Shown piece by piece: positions 43,423-52,486 of a DNA stretch of 64,000 nucleotides. Origin of the DNA: Pseudomonadota bacterium (lineage in GTDB: Bacteria; Pseudomonadota; Alphaproteobacteria; Rickettsiales; SXRF01); the NCBI GenBank assembly GCA_038043465.1, contig JBBTBX010000001.1, positions 30,686 to 94,685 on the forward strand, written 5' to 3'. The notes under the pieces were generated by a model. That model did no database searches. It was not told where the DNA came from and worked only from the letters and a program-made list of their open reading frames with translations. How positions within the stretch are numbered: position 1 is the stretch's first letter; each line of letters opens with the position of its first letter. A program made the position numbers and the translations under genes.

Positions 43423-45129
43423 ATGAATACCACCGGCACTGCCCGCCTTGAAAAAATACTGAATAGTTTGCGCCCTGTATGGCTTTCAGTGTGCGTAAAT
43501 AGTTTTTTCATCAACCTGCTAATCTTGCCTGTTTCTTTATATTCCTTACAGGTATTGGATCGGGTACTGAGTACCGGCAGCTTAGCAACATTATTATGGC
43601 TTACAGTAATCATGCTGGCTATGTTTGCGGCGGCAGGGTTATTGCAGACACTGCGTAGCATGGTGTTACAGAAAGCCGCTGACTGGTTGCATGATTCCAT
43701 CATCGAAGTAGTACTCCCTCTGGTTCTGGCGCAAACGGCAGCAGGTGGCAGAGGAGCGCAACATTTGCGTGATGCATCGACTATCAAACAATTCATAGGT
43801 GGCAATGGGCTGGTCACTCTAATGGATACGCCGTGGTCAATCTTATATATAGCCGCCTTATTCATCGTGCATTGGTCACTCGGTTTGCTGGTAGTGGCAG
43901 GTGCAGCATTGCTTTTGCTGATGGCATGGCTGAATGAAACATCAATGCGCCGTCCCAGCCAGGAAGCGGGTGCAAGGCAATTACGCGCCATGCAGGAGCT
44001 GGAACTGGCAACACGCAACGCCGAAGTAACGCAGGCGATGGGCATGGTTACAGCACTTTCTGCCCGCTGGAAGGCAATGCAGAAAACCACAGGCGAATTA
44101 CAGTTGACAGCCGGAAACCGCGCTGCAGTTATTCAGGGTGGAACTAAATTCCTGCGACTTTCCCTGCAGATATTTGTCACTTGCGCTTCCGCATGGCTGG
44201 CAATTTATGGCCATGTAACCACTGGAGCTATTATTGCTGCTTCAATCCTTGCCAGCCGCGCCCTCGCTCCGTTTGAGGCAGCCATTGCCAGCTGGAAAAG
44301 TTTTACCGAAACCCGCACGTCTTACTCACGGCTTAAAAAAGCTTTCACTGATGAACTGCAGAACGAAGAATCAATGAAATTGCCTGCTGCTGTTGGCGCA
44401 ATTGCTGTGGAAAATGTAACTTACAGCACAGAAGGTAGAGAAGAGCCGATACTTAAAAACATAAATTTTGGTCTGAATGCCGGAGAAATTTTAGGTATTG
44501 TTGGTCCAAGTGGTTCCGGAAAATCCACTCTGGCGCGGGTAATAATGGGCGTATGGCAGGCGGAAAAAGGGGTGGTGCGATTGGATGGTGCAGATATACG
44601 CCAAATAGCGCGCACAGAGTTTGGCAAATCAGTTGGATATCTACCGCAAGATGTTGAATTATTCAGTGGAACAATAAAAGAGAATATATCACGCTTTAAC
44701 TCTGATGCTACGCCGGAAGCAGTGGTGCAGGCTGCCAATATGGCTAGTGCGCATGAGTTGATTCTGCGCCTGCCTAAAGGCTATGATACGGAAATTGGTC
44801 AAGGTGGCGCGGTACTATCTGCCGGGCAACGCCAGAGAATTGGACTTGCCAGAGCGTTTTATGGCGATCCTAAGCTACTCATGCTTGACGAGCCGGATGC
44901 CAGCCTTGATGACGTTGGACAACAGGCATTGATTGCGGCACTCTATCTTGCCAAACAACGAAAAATAACCACGCTGCTTATAACTCACCGTAATAGCCTT
45001 CTGGAGCATGTTGACAAGCTTCTGGTGCTGCGCGATGGAAGGCTGGAAACATTCGGAGCAATTTCCGAGGTAATGGCATTGTATAATAAGGCAAGAGCGC
45101 AAACAATCCCGGTTAAAGGCAATCCATGA
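43423..45129 (+). CDS. Type I secretion ABC permease/ATPase (PrtD/HasD-like, no C39 domain)
   Basis: 568 aa; N-terminal 6-TM domain, Walker A GPSGSGKST, signature LSAGQRQRI, Walker B LLMLDEP. Confidence 0.9.
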   Translation: MNTTGTARLEKILNSLRPVWLSVCVNSFFINLLILPVSLYSLQVLDRVLSTGSLATLLWLTVIMLAMFAAAGLLQTLRSMVLQKAADWLHDSIIEVVLPLVLAQTAAGGRGAQHLRDASTIKQFIGGNGLVTLMDTPWSILYIAALFIVHWSLGLLVVAGAALLLLMAWLNETSMRRPSQEAGARQLRAMQELELATRNAEVTQAMGMVTALSARWKAMQKTTGELQLTAGNRAAVIQGGTKFLRLSLQIFVTCASAWLAIYGHVTTGAIIAASILASRALAPFEAAIASWKSFTETRTSYSRLKKAFTDELQNEESMKLPAAVGAIAVENVTYSTEGREEPILKNINFGLNAGEILGIVGPSGSGKSTLARVIMGVWQAEKGVVRLDGADIRQIARTEFGKSVGYLPQDVELFSGTIKENISRFNSDATPEAVVQAANMASAHELILRLPKGYDTEIGQGGAVLSAGQRQRIGLARAFYGDPKLLMLDEPDASLDDVGQQALIAALYLAKQRKITTLLITHRNSLLEHVDKLLVLRDGRLETFGAISEVMALYNKARAQTIPVKGNP

Positions 45130-46559
45130 ATATAAGCATCCCAAGAATCAGAACTTTGTTGGAAAAACTGGAAGGACATCCGCGCCTTGCCCGAGCAGTG
45201 GAGGCAATCGACAATTTTGTACAACTACTCAGTAATAAAGATTATAAGGGAAATAATTCTGCCATTGCCAGCGCGCATGCCCCTATGCGTGCCACTGCGC
45301 TAGTAATAACTGCTATTACCTTTATCACCATAGTTTTTGGTATGATAGTTCCTATTGAAAGTGCCGCCATTGCGCATGGCAACGTAGCTGTAATAACCAA
45401 ACGCAAAACCGTGCAGCATCTGGAAGGTGGAATTATCAAAAATATCCTGGTGGAGGAGGGGCAGCTGGTTAAGAAAGATCAGCCACTCGTAGAAATCAGC
45501 GATGTTGCTCCCAAAGCCAACCGTGAAATAGTCCAGAGTGAATTATGGGCGATGCGTGCGTCAGAAACGCGTATACAGGCATTGCAAAGCAGTACGGCAG
45601 AATTAAAGTTTCCAGATGAATTAGAAGAAGCGGCAAAAAATCAGGAATCCCTGCAAAAAGCAATGCGCTCGCAAGCAGAATTATTTACCACCCAGAATGA
45701 CAGCCATCTTGGCAAGCTTGATTCATTGTGGCAGCGCATATCAGGAATAAAAGAAGAAATAATCGGGCTTACAGCACAAAAGAAAAGCGCGCATGGTCAG
45801 CTTGCCTTGATTATCGAGGAAACAAATTCAGTAAAAGAATTATATAAGGACGGCATGGCAACCAAGCCACGCCTGCTTGAGCTGCAACGTAAAGCTGAGG
45901 AATTAAAAGGCAATATCGGTCAATACGGTGCGCAGATTGCCAAGGCTGAACAAAGCATAACCGAAAGCCAGATGGATGTAATCAACCTGGAAAATGATTT
46001 TGCCGGTAAACTTGCCGAAGAGCTGCGTGATGTCCGCTCTAAAATTAATGATTATGATGAAAAACTGCGCGCTGCCACTGACGTTATGACGCGCACGGTA
46101 ATCATCTCCCCGTCAGAAGGTATCGTAACCGGTCTTAAACACCACACTATAGGCGGTGTGATAGCTGCCGGAGCACCGATAATGGACATTACTCCGCAAG
46201 GTGACAAGCTGGTAGCGGAAGTGCATGTACAGCCTACTGATATTGACGTTGTTGAAGCTGGAATGCAGGCGCGCATCGTGCTTTCGGCGTATAAATCACG
46301 CAGGATGCCAATTCTTACCGGAAAAGTAACGCAGGTATCGGCTGACGCTTTCAATGAACAACAAGGTATACAAACCGTATCATATTACACCGCAAGGGTT
46401 GAGGTAGATGCGAAAGAATTAGCTGCCCTCGATAGTGCCGTAAAACTGTCACCGGGAATGCCTCTGGAAGTATATATTAATACCGGTTCGCGTTCATTCT
46501 TTTCTTACATGCTGGCACCGATTACCGACAGTTTGAACAAGGCCTTCAAGGAAGATTAA
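45126..46559 (+). CDS. Type I secretion membrane fusion protein (HlyD family)
   Basis: 4-nt overlap with the ABC gene; single TM, long coiled coil, and C-terminus Y.ARV......L.PGMP.EV.I.TG.RS...Y. Confidence 0.9.
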   Translation: MNISIPRIRTLLEKLEGHPRLARAVEAIDNFVQLLSNKDYKGNNSAIASAHAPMRATALVITAITFITIVFGMIVPIESAAIAHGNVAVITKRKTVQHLEGGIIKNILVEEGQLVKKDQPLVEISDVAPKANREIVQSELWAMRASETRIQALQSSTAELKFPDELEEAAKNQESLQKAMRSQAELFTTQNDSHLGKLDSLWQRISGIKEEIIGLTAQKKSAHGQLALIIEETNSVKELYKDGMATKPRLLELQRKAEELKGNIGQYGAQIAKAEQSITESQMDVINLENDFAGKLAEELRDVRSKINDYDEKLRAATDVMTRTVIISPSEGIVTGLKHHTIGGVIAAGAPIMDITPQGDKLVAEVHVQPTDIDVVEAGMQARIVLSAYKSRRMPILTGKVTQVSADAFNEQQGIQTVSYYTARVEVDAKELAALDSAVKLSPGMPLEVYINTGSRSFFSYMLAPITDSLNKAFKED

Positions 46560-46767
46560 GGGAAAGTTTTATAAACTCCTCAGAATTATAGCTATGGCGT
46601 GGCTTACGCCAGATCTTTTAATCCCGACTTTTGTCGGGATAAAAAATATTTTCTAATTATGCTAGACCAGTGGCATCATGAGTAGTAACTTCTCTACTTG
46701 TTTTATTTAGGGCTTTCATCAATTCGTTGATGACAGCGGGGTTTAAACGGTTCAAGCGGAGAAAATT

Positions 46768-47574
46768 ATGCAGGATTTTTCTTATTTACATAAAGGCGGT
46801 TTCGCTATGTATATGCTGATGGCTATGTCAGTTTATGCTATTGCTGTGATTGCTTTTAAGATATGGCAATTTAAGAAATCCAACGTGTTTGACCGTAGTT
46901 TCATTGAGCCGGTACTGCGCGATATTAAGCAGGGTGACCGCACCCAGGCAACCAAAACCTTGGAGACTATCCGTGGGCCGGTGGCGCGGATCATGCGTGT
47001 GACTTTTGAGTGTGTGGCAAACCGCGAAATGTCGCAAAAAAGCAAAGAGGCGGAAATTACCCGCGTTGGCTCGGCGGATATACGCTATCTTGAATCACAT
47101 CTGCGCGGGCTGGAAATGACTGCTATGATCGCGCCGCTGATGGGGCTGCTCGGAACTGTGGTCGGGATGATAAATTCCTTCTCCAAATTAAGCTCGGCAG
47201 GAACGAGAGTTGATCCATCTATCCTTGCCGGCGGAATCTGGGAGGCTCTGCTTACCACTGCCGGCGGTCTTTCAGTTGCGATTCCGGCACTGGGAGCGCA
47301 CTATATTCTGGACGGGGTGATAGAGAAAATGCGGGCGACGATGAAGGATGTTTCGGTGCAGATTCTCTCACTTGAAGATGAATTCCGCAAGAATGAAAGG
47401 CTGCTTGCCATTGACCAGGCAAGGAAAGCTGAAGAAACTCGATTGAAACGTGAAGAAGAAACAAGGAAGCAGCGGGTTCAGTCTGATGCTGCCGCTGAAG
47501 AGCAACAGAAAACTGCACCTAAAAAAATGTCTACTTTGCATCTTCTGAGTCCTAAATATTCGGGGGGGAGTTAG
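46768..47574 (+). CDS. exbB: MotA/TolQ/ExbB proton-channel family protein with charged C-terminal extension
   Basis: Three TM helices and GLLGTVVGMINSF / ALLTTAGGL motifs. Confidence 0.85.
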   Translation: MQDFSYLHKGGFAMYMLMAMSVYAIAVIAFKIWQFKKSNVFDRSFIEPVLRDIKQGDRTQATKTLETIRGPVARIMRVTFECVANREMSQKSKEAEITRVGSADIRYLESHLRGLEMTAMIAPLMGLLGTVVGMINSFSKLSSAGTRVDPSILAGGIWEALLTTAGGLSVAIPALGAHYILDGVIEKMRATMKDVSVQILSLEDEFRKNERLLAIDQARKAEETRLKREEETRKQRVQSDAAAEEQQKTAPKKMSTLHLLSPKYSGGS

Positions 47575-47630
47575 TAGGGATTCGGGGTTCGGGATTAGGG
47601 GTTCGTAGTTCGTAATTCGTATTACCCCTC
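47575..47630. repeat. Heptad word array after exbB
   Basis: gattcgg ggttcgg gattagg ggttcgt agttcgt aattcgt att, period 7. Confidence 0.8.
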
Positions 47631-47670
47631 ACCAAGAAAGATGATGATAAATGAATTGAGAGTTTAGTTT

Positions 47671-48129
47671 ATGGAATATGAACGCAATCTGGAATTTGGA
47701 CGGACATCGCGCAGGGTTTTGAACTTGCCGCTGATACCGCTTATCGATGTTGTATTTATTCTGATTATTTTCTTTATGCTCACTACTTCGTTTATGCGGA
47801 TTGAATCGCTGGAGCTGATGTTGCCATCTGTAGGTAAAGCGGCATCGAAAAAAGAAGTCACGCATATTTTTGTCAAGGAGAATGGCGAGATTATTCTTGG
47901 CAAGCGCAATGTTGAGCCGGACGAGCTTAGCGAAGCACTGCTTCGGATATTTGCCGGTGATCCGACGGCTTCGATTATGCTGCTCTCGGCAGAAGGAGTT
48001 ACCATGCAGCAGCTCGTTGCAGTTATGGACAGAGTATCGGCGGCTGGCGGCAAGAGCTTGTTTGTGCGTAAATGGGTTCAGGACGAAGATAAACAATCGG
48101 ACGCGCCAGATGGCGACGCGCAGCAATAG
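47671..48129 (+). CDS. exbD: ExbD/TolR family protein 1
   Basis: LPLIPLIDVVFILIIFFMLT N-terminal TM helix and the ExbD fold length. Confidence 0.85.
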   Translation: MEYERNLEFGRTSRRVLNLPLIPLIDVVFILIIFFMLTTSFMRIESLELMLPSVGKAASKKEVTHIFVKENGEIILGKRNVEPDELSEALLRIFAGDPTASIMLLSAEGVTMQQLVAVMDRVSAAGGKSLFVRKWVQDEDKQSDAPDGDAQQ

Positions 48130-48139
48130 GAGATAGTTC

Positions 48140-48556
48140 ATGGATTTCCCCCGCACCCGCCGGAAAAAAATAGAAATTGGATTGATACCGCTGATTGACG
48201 TGTCCATGTTCCTGCTGATTTTTTTCATGGTTTCCGGAGTTGTTGAAAAAATTGACCTGATACCGATTGAACCGCCGGTTTCGCAGCATGGCAATATGAT
48301 GGATGAAGGGCATATTCTGGTGCTTCTGGGCAGCCATGATGAGATTATTGTAAATGATGAAATGGTAACCATGGAAGAAATGCAGAAGATGCTTACGCCG
48401 GAGCTTACAGCTAATCCCGCAAAAGTGGTGACGGTTAAGGCGGATGCTGTTGTTCCGGCTAACCGCATGATTGAAGTTATGGATGCGATTAAGGCAGCGG
48501 GCGGTCATCATCTTTCAATCCTTACCCAATCCATAGCGAAGGTTGATAAAAAATAA
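48140..48556 (+). CDS. exbD: ExbD/TolR family protein 2
   Basis: IGLIPLIDVSMFLLIFFMV; V.VKAD......MIEVMDAIKAAG. Confidence 0.85.
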   Translation: MDFPRTRRKKIEIGLIPLIDVSMFLLIFFMVSGVVEKIDLIPIEPPVSQHGNMMDEGHILVLLGSHDEIIVNDEMVTMEEMQKMLTPELTANPAKVVTVKADAVVPANRMIEVMDAIKAAGGHHLSILTQSIAKVDKK

Positions 48557-49321
48557 ATGCGTGCAACATTTAAAACCTCAACGCTGGAATATCTGAATTC
48601 TTCGCATTTTGCGCTGATGTGCGGGCTTGCCCTTGTGCTGCATATTATGACCGCGTTTGGCATCAGTATGATACCGCATATCAAGATTATTGATATTCCA
48701 GTGCATGCCATGAATATCCGCCTCGGTGACAGTGATGTTGAACAGGCTAAGCAAAATAAAGATGAAGTGGTTATGCCACAACCAACATCTGATAATTCGG
48801 AAATGTTGGAATCAGCCATGACCAAGCTTATCAGGAAGCCTCCGGAAAAAGCGGCAAAGCCGTCTCCGCCCAAACCTAAACCTCTACCGCTTGAAAAACC
48901 GCCGGTGCAGACTCCACCTGTGACTGAAAGAACTGATACGCCACGCCAGTTTGTGCGCGCAACCACACCTGATAAAATAGTTCCAGGAGTAGGTTCGGTT
49001 CTGGGAAACAGCGCGGATAGCAAGGCAGCAATCAAGATGAGTTATGAGCAGAAAATTTCCCTGTGGATCCAGAAATTCAAGCTATATCCTGAAAGTGCGC
49101 GGGCGCAGGGAATGCAGGGCAGCACAGTGGTGCGTATAAGGATTGATAGGCGTGGCAATATCCGTTACAGTGGGCTGGAAGGAAATACCGGATATGCAGA
49201 ACTGGATCGCGCTGCCCTTGATATGGTGCGGCGTGCCAACCCTGTTCCTGCCGTGCCGGAAGGCTATCCGGAAGGGGAGATGTTTGAGTTTCTAATTCCA
49301 GTGAATTTTGCAATAAAATAA
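48557..49321 (+). CDS. tonB: TonB family energy transducer
   Basis: N-terminal TM helix, Pro-rich KPSPPKPKPLPLEKPPVQTPP, and C-terminal YPESARAQGMQGSTVVRIRIDRRGNI...GYAELDRAALDMVRR. Confidence 0.8.
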   Translation: MRATFKTSTLEYLNSSHFALMCGLALVLHIMTAFGISMIPHIKIIDIPVHAMNIRLGDSDVEQAKQNKDEVVMPQPTSDNSEMLESAMTKLIRKPPEKAAKPSPPKPKPLPLEKPPVQTPPVTERTDTPRQFVRATTPDKIVPGVGSVLGNSADSKAAIKMSYEQKISLWIQKFKLYPESARAQGMQGSTVVRIRIDRRGNIRYSGLEGNTGYAELDRAALDMVRRANPVPAVPEGYPEGEMFEFLIPVNFAIK

Positions 49322-49436
49322 ATGAGTAGTTCGTAATTAGTAGTTCGTAATTAGTAGTTAGTAAGAATATTCTTTACGAGTTACTAATTACTAATTACGA
49401 ACTACTAATTACGATGTACGAACTACGAATTACGTA
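49322..49436. repeat. Long imperfect hairpin built from heptad words after tonB
   Basis: gagtagt tcgtaat tagtagt tcgtaat tagtagt tagtaag - aatatt - ctttacgagttactaattactaattacgaactactaattacg... Confidence 0.85.
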
Positions 49437-49458
49437 TTGGTGTTATGGAGATTAAATA

Positions 49459-51285
49459 ATGGGTTTGTGTAGTGTTATAATTGTTGCAAGTAAGGGCGAT
49501 GAGCTATTGTTCGCGACGATTGAAACCGTGCTTGCACAAAAACAACTTGGCGAACTGATAATTTTTGATAATGGAAACGCGCCTGATGTTGTTTCCCGGT
49601 TGCAGCAATATTCACTTTCCGAGGCAAGAATTAAAGTGATTACCATGCGTGGTGATGCCAATTTTGCTAAATGTTGTAACATTGCGGCAAGGCAGGCTAT
49701 CTCAGAATATCTGGTGATTTTTAAGAGCGGTTATCTTATTTCGCCGGACGGGTTGGCGGAGCTTGTCCAGGTGCTGGAAAATGAGAATAAAGCCATGCTC
49801 AGCAGTGGGGTGCTGGTCAATTATGATGGTAATATACATAATGTTTTCCGCAATAAAATAGTTACCCCGAAATCCACATTTTTTGACATTGTTTCGGTAC
49901 AGACCGGCAAATCAAAAAGTATCTTTGCTGAAGAAGCTATTGCTAAAAACCTGTCATTTGAAATGGCAACTGTTCCTAGTGCCTGCATGTGTATTCGTAC
50001 CAGTGATTATAAGAGGCTTGCTGGTCTTGATGAGGATTTCTTTACACAGGATGAAGAGGTGGATTTAAGCCTGCGCGTGCAGCAGGTGGGTGGCAGGGTC
50101 ATGTGCGTACCTGGAGTGAAAATTACCCGTTTGCCGGGGCCTAATGATAATAAAATCTCTATAGCGCGGCAGGCACATGAAGCGAGAAATACAATACGCT
50201 ACCTGAATAAATTTTTCTCGGCGCACCAGCCATTTGGAACGTTGTTTTTGTTGAACCTGCTTATTATGTTCCATTTATTTATAAAAATTCTTGGCAATGG
50301 TTTTGTCGAATTTTTTCAGGATATTAAACCGCATTATAATAATGATGCCGCGAAACGCCTGATGATCCTGGTGCTGGGGATTGTCGATCTGCCCAAAAAT
50401 GAAGAACTTGCCAAGAAGATTGTGTTGGTGACTGGTGCTGACAGCCAGATTGGGCTATGCGTCATCCGCCGTCTTATTGCTTCCGGGGCAGGGGTGCTTG
50501 CTATTGCCGGAGAGCATGAAATTCCCTATTATCACAATAATCTACGCTGGATGAAAAAAGATCTTTCCGACCCGAATTTAAACCTTGATGGTTATTGCGC
50601 GGATTTTGTGGTGCATTGCGCGCCACTATGGCAATTGCCGACGATGCTTCCAATGCTGCATAACGCTGAAGTAAAGCGGGTTATTGCTTTTGGCTCAACG
50701 CTGGTGTTTTCCAAGTCGCTTGCTGCCAATGATTATGAAAAAGATGTGGTAGCGAAGCTGCAAAGCGCGGAATTGCTGCTTGCTGAAAAATGCGCTGAAT
50801 TTAATATTACCCATACTATTTTCAGGCCGACGCAGATTTATGGGGTGGGTCTGGATTATGGCATAAGTTCTATTGCCAGAATCATAAGGCGTTTGGGGTT
50901 CATGATGGTTTATCCTCCGGCTTTTGGACGCAGGCAACCGGTGCATGTTGATGATTTGGCGGCGGCGGTGATGCAGAGTATCAAAAATGAAAACAGCTAT
51001 AATAAAAGCTATAATTTAAGTGGTGGTGAGGTGCTTATATACCGCGAGATGCTTGGCAAATTGTTTGCCCTTTATAAGAAAAAAACATGGGTAATAAACA
51101 GCACTGCCCTGCCATTTGCGCTGGATATTATTGGCAAAATCATGCGCAGGAAACATATTAATGGCGAAGTTGCCAGACGGATGAATGATGATCTGGTGTT
51201 TTTCCATGATGATGCTAAGTCCGATTTCGGCTATCACCCACGCACATTCCTGACTGGTGGGATGAAGGATATTGAGGGGTTTTAG
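49459..51285 (+). CDS. Fusion protein: N-terminal GT2 glycosyltransferase plus C-terminal NAD-dependent epimerase/dehydratase (SDR)
   Basis: CSVIIVASKG.. and DEDFF..DEEVDLSLR (GT2). Hydrophobic linker LFLLNLLIMFHLFIKIL. VLVTGADSQIGLCVIRRL Rossmann motif. Confidence 0.8.
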   Translation: MGLCSVIIVASKGDELLFATIETVLAQKQLGELIIFDNGNAPDVVSRLQQYSLSEARIKVITMRGDANFAKCCNIAARQAISEYLVIFKSGYLISPDGLAELVQVLENENKAMLSSGVLVNYDGNIHNVFRNKIVTPKSTFFDIVSVQTGKSKSIFAEEAIAKNLSFEMATVPSACMCIRTSDYKRLAGLDEDFFTQDEEVDLSLRVQQVGGRVMCVPGVKITRLPGPNDNKISIARQAHEARNTIRYLNKFFSAHQPFGTLFLLNLLIMFHLFIKILGNGFVEFFQDIKPHYNNDAAKRLMILVLGIVDLPKNEELAKKIVLVTGADSQIGLCVIRRLIASGAGVLAIAGEHEIPYYHNNLRWMKKDLSDPNLNLDGYCADFVVHCAPLWQLPTMLPMLHNAEVKRVIAFGSTLVFSKSLAANDYEKDVVAKLQSAELLLAEKCAEFNITHTIFRPTQIYGVGLDYGISSIARIIRRLGFMMVYPPAFGRRQPVHVDDLAAAVMQSIKNENSYNKSYNLSGGEVLIYREMLGKLFALYKKKTWVINSTALPFALDIIGKIMRRKHINGEVARRMNDDLVFFHDDAKSDFGYHPRTFLTGGMKDIEGF

Positions 51286-51303
51286 GGTTATGAGTGCTGA
51301 GTT

Positions 51304-51462
51304 ATGAGTGCTGAGTTTGAAGCTGAATTGTTAAAAACCAAAATCCGCTTAGGCTGTGAACAGCTTGATCGCGGAGAATACAGTAAACTATCCGTTCAGG
51401 ATGTGATGAAAAAAGCGAAGAAAATTCGTACGAAAAAAATACAGGCTTTCCCTTCAAGCTGA
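51304..51462 (+). pseudogene. ParD-type antitoxin C-terminal remnant, second locus
   Basis: MSAEFEAELLKTKIRLGCEQLDRGEYSKLSVQDVMKKAKK. Preceded by a duplicated atgagtgctgagtt word; no toxin gene follows. Confidence 0.3.
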
Positions 51463-51599
51463 GCAAGTTCTACCCGATATTTTTGTCCTTTATGCCTAAT
51501 ATTTTATAGAAAATCAGATTCAATTGTTGAAATATCTGCAATTTTGCATCAGAAACTAGATATTAAATCTAAATTCAAAGAATTTTGAGGTGATATAAA

Positions 51600-52469
51600 A
51601 TGGCGCGGATTGCTTATGTTAACGGCAGGTATGTGGATCACGCGCTGGCGAGCGTGCATATTGAAGATCGTGGCTATCAGTTTTCTGACGGGATATATGA
51701 ATATATCGCGTTTTATAACGGGAAATTGCTGGATGCGGATGCACATTTCAAACGTCTGGAGCGCAGCCTGAATGAGCTGGAGATTGGGTTTCCGGTGGCG
51801 GCTTCGGCACTGGGGATAATTGTCCGTGAACTAATCGAACGTAATGGGCGCGATGATGGTGGGCTGTATATTCAGGTTACGCGGGGGACGGCGAAGCGCG
51901 ACCATGTATTTCCCAAAAATGCGCGTCCGGCACTGGTGATGACGGTTTGCGGCGCGAAAACCCCAAAACCTCATGAATTTAGTGATGGGGTGAAAGTTAT
52001 TACCCAGCCTGATAGACGCTGGGCGAGGCGTGACATTAAATCTGTGTCGCTGCTGGCTAATATTTTAGCTAAACAGGAAGCGGCACGGCAAAAAGTGCGT
52101 GAAGCTTTGCTTATGGAAGCTGACGGAACGATCAACGAAGGATCAGCTTCCAATATGTTTATTGTGACAAAATCCGGTGTTTTGCTTACGCATCCGGCAG
52201 ATGAAAATATACTGGGCGGGATTACGCGCGATGTGGTTCTGAAGCTGGCGCGCAAGGTGGGAATTGAAGTTGAGGAGAGGGCGTTTAGTGTAGCTGAGGC
52301 AAAAAATGCGGCGGAAGCTTTTATAACCTCAACCAGCATTAATGTTCTGCCGGTGGTGAAGATTGATGACCGGCTGGTTGCGGGCGGCAAAGTTGGAGAA
52401 GTTACTAAGAAGCTGGGTGAGATTTATAACGCCCATATTTATAAGCAGACGGGGAAGGTTATGAGTTAA
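51600..52469 (+). CDS. dat: Class IV aminotransferase (D-amino-acid transaminase-like)
   Basis: VHIEDRGYQFSDGIYEYI..Y.G and the catalytic-region signatures of the fold-type IV family. Confidence 0.8.
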   Translation: MARIAYVNGRYVDHALASVHIEDRGYQFSDGIYEYIAFYNGKLLDADAHFKRLERSLNELEIGFPVAASALGIIVRELIERNGRDDGGLYIQVTRGTAKRDHVFPKNARPALVMTVCGAKTPKPHEFSDGVKVITQPDRRWARRDIKSVSLLANILAKQEAARQKVREALLMEADGTINEGSASNMFIVTKSGVLLTHPADENILGGITRDVVLKLARKVGIEVEERAFSVAEAKNAAEAFITSTSINVLPVVKIDDRLVAGGKVGEVTKKLGEIYNAHIYKQTGKVMS

Positions 52470-52486
52470 TCGTCATCCCTGACAAA

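Noticed and set aside
43410-44090. 226-aa minus-strand ORF overlapping the start of the T1SS ABC gene.
   Set aside because: Antisense to a gene with Walker and ABC signature motifs. The translation is Ala/Ser/Cys-rich with no recognisable features.
47629-48511. 279-aa, 162-aa and 129-aa minus-strand ORFs across the exbD genes.
   Set aside because: Antisense to two clear ExbD/TolR genes. Arg/Ser/Ile-rich nonsense-like sequence.
43183-49321. Genomic island integrated at tRNA-Arg carrying the T1SS and TonB genes.
   Set aside because: No integrase gene is present, I could find no direct repeat of the tRNA 3' end by eye, and the composition does not shift visibly.
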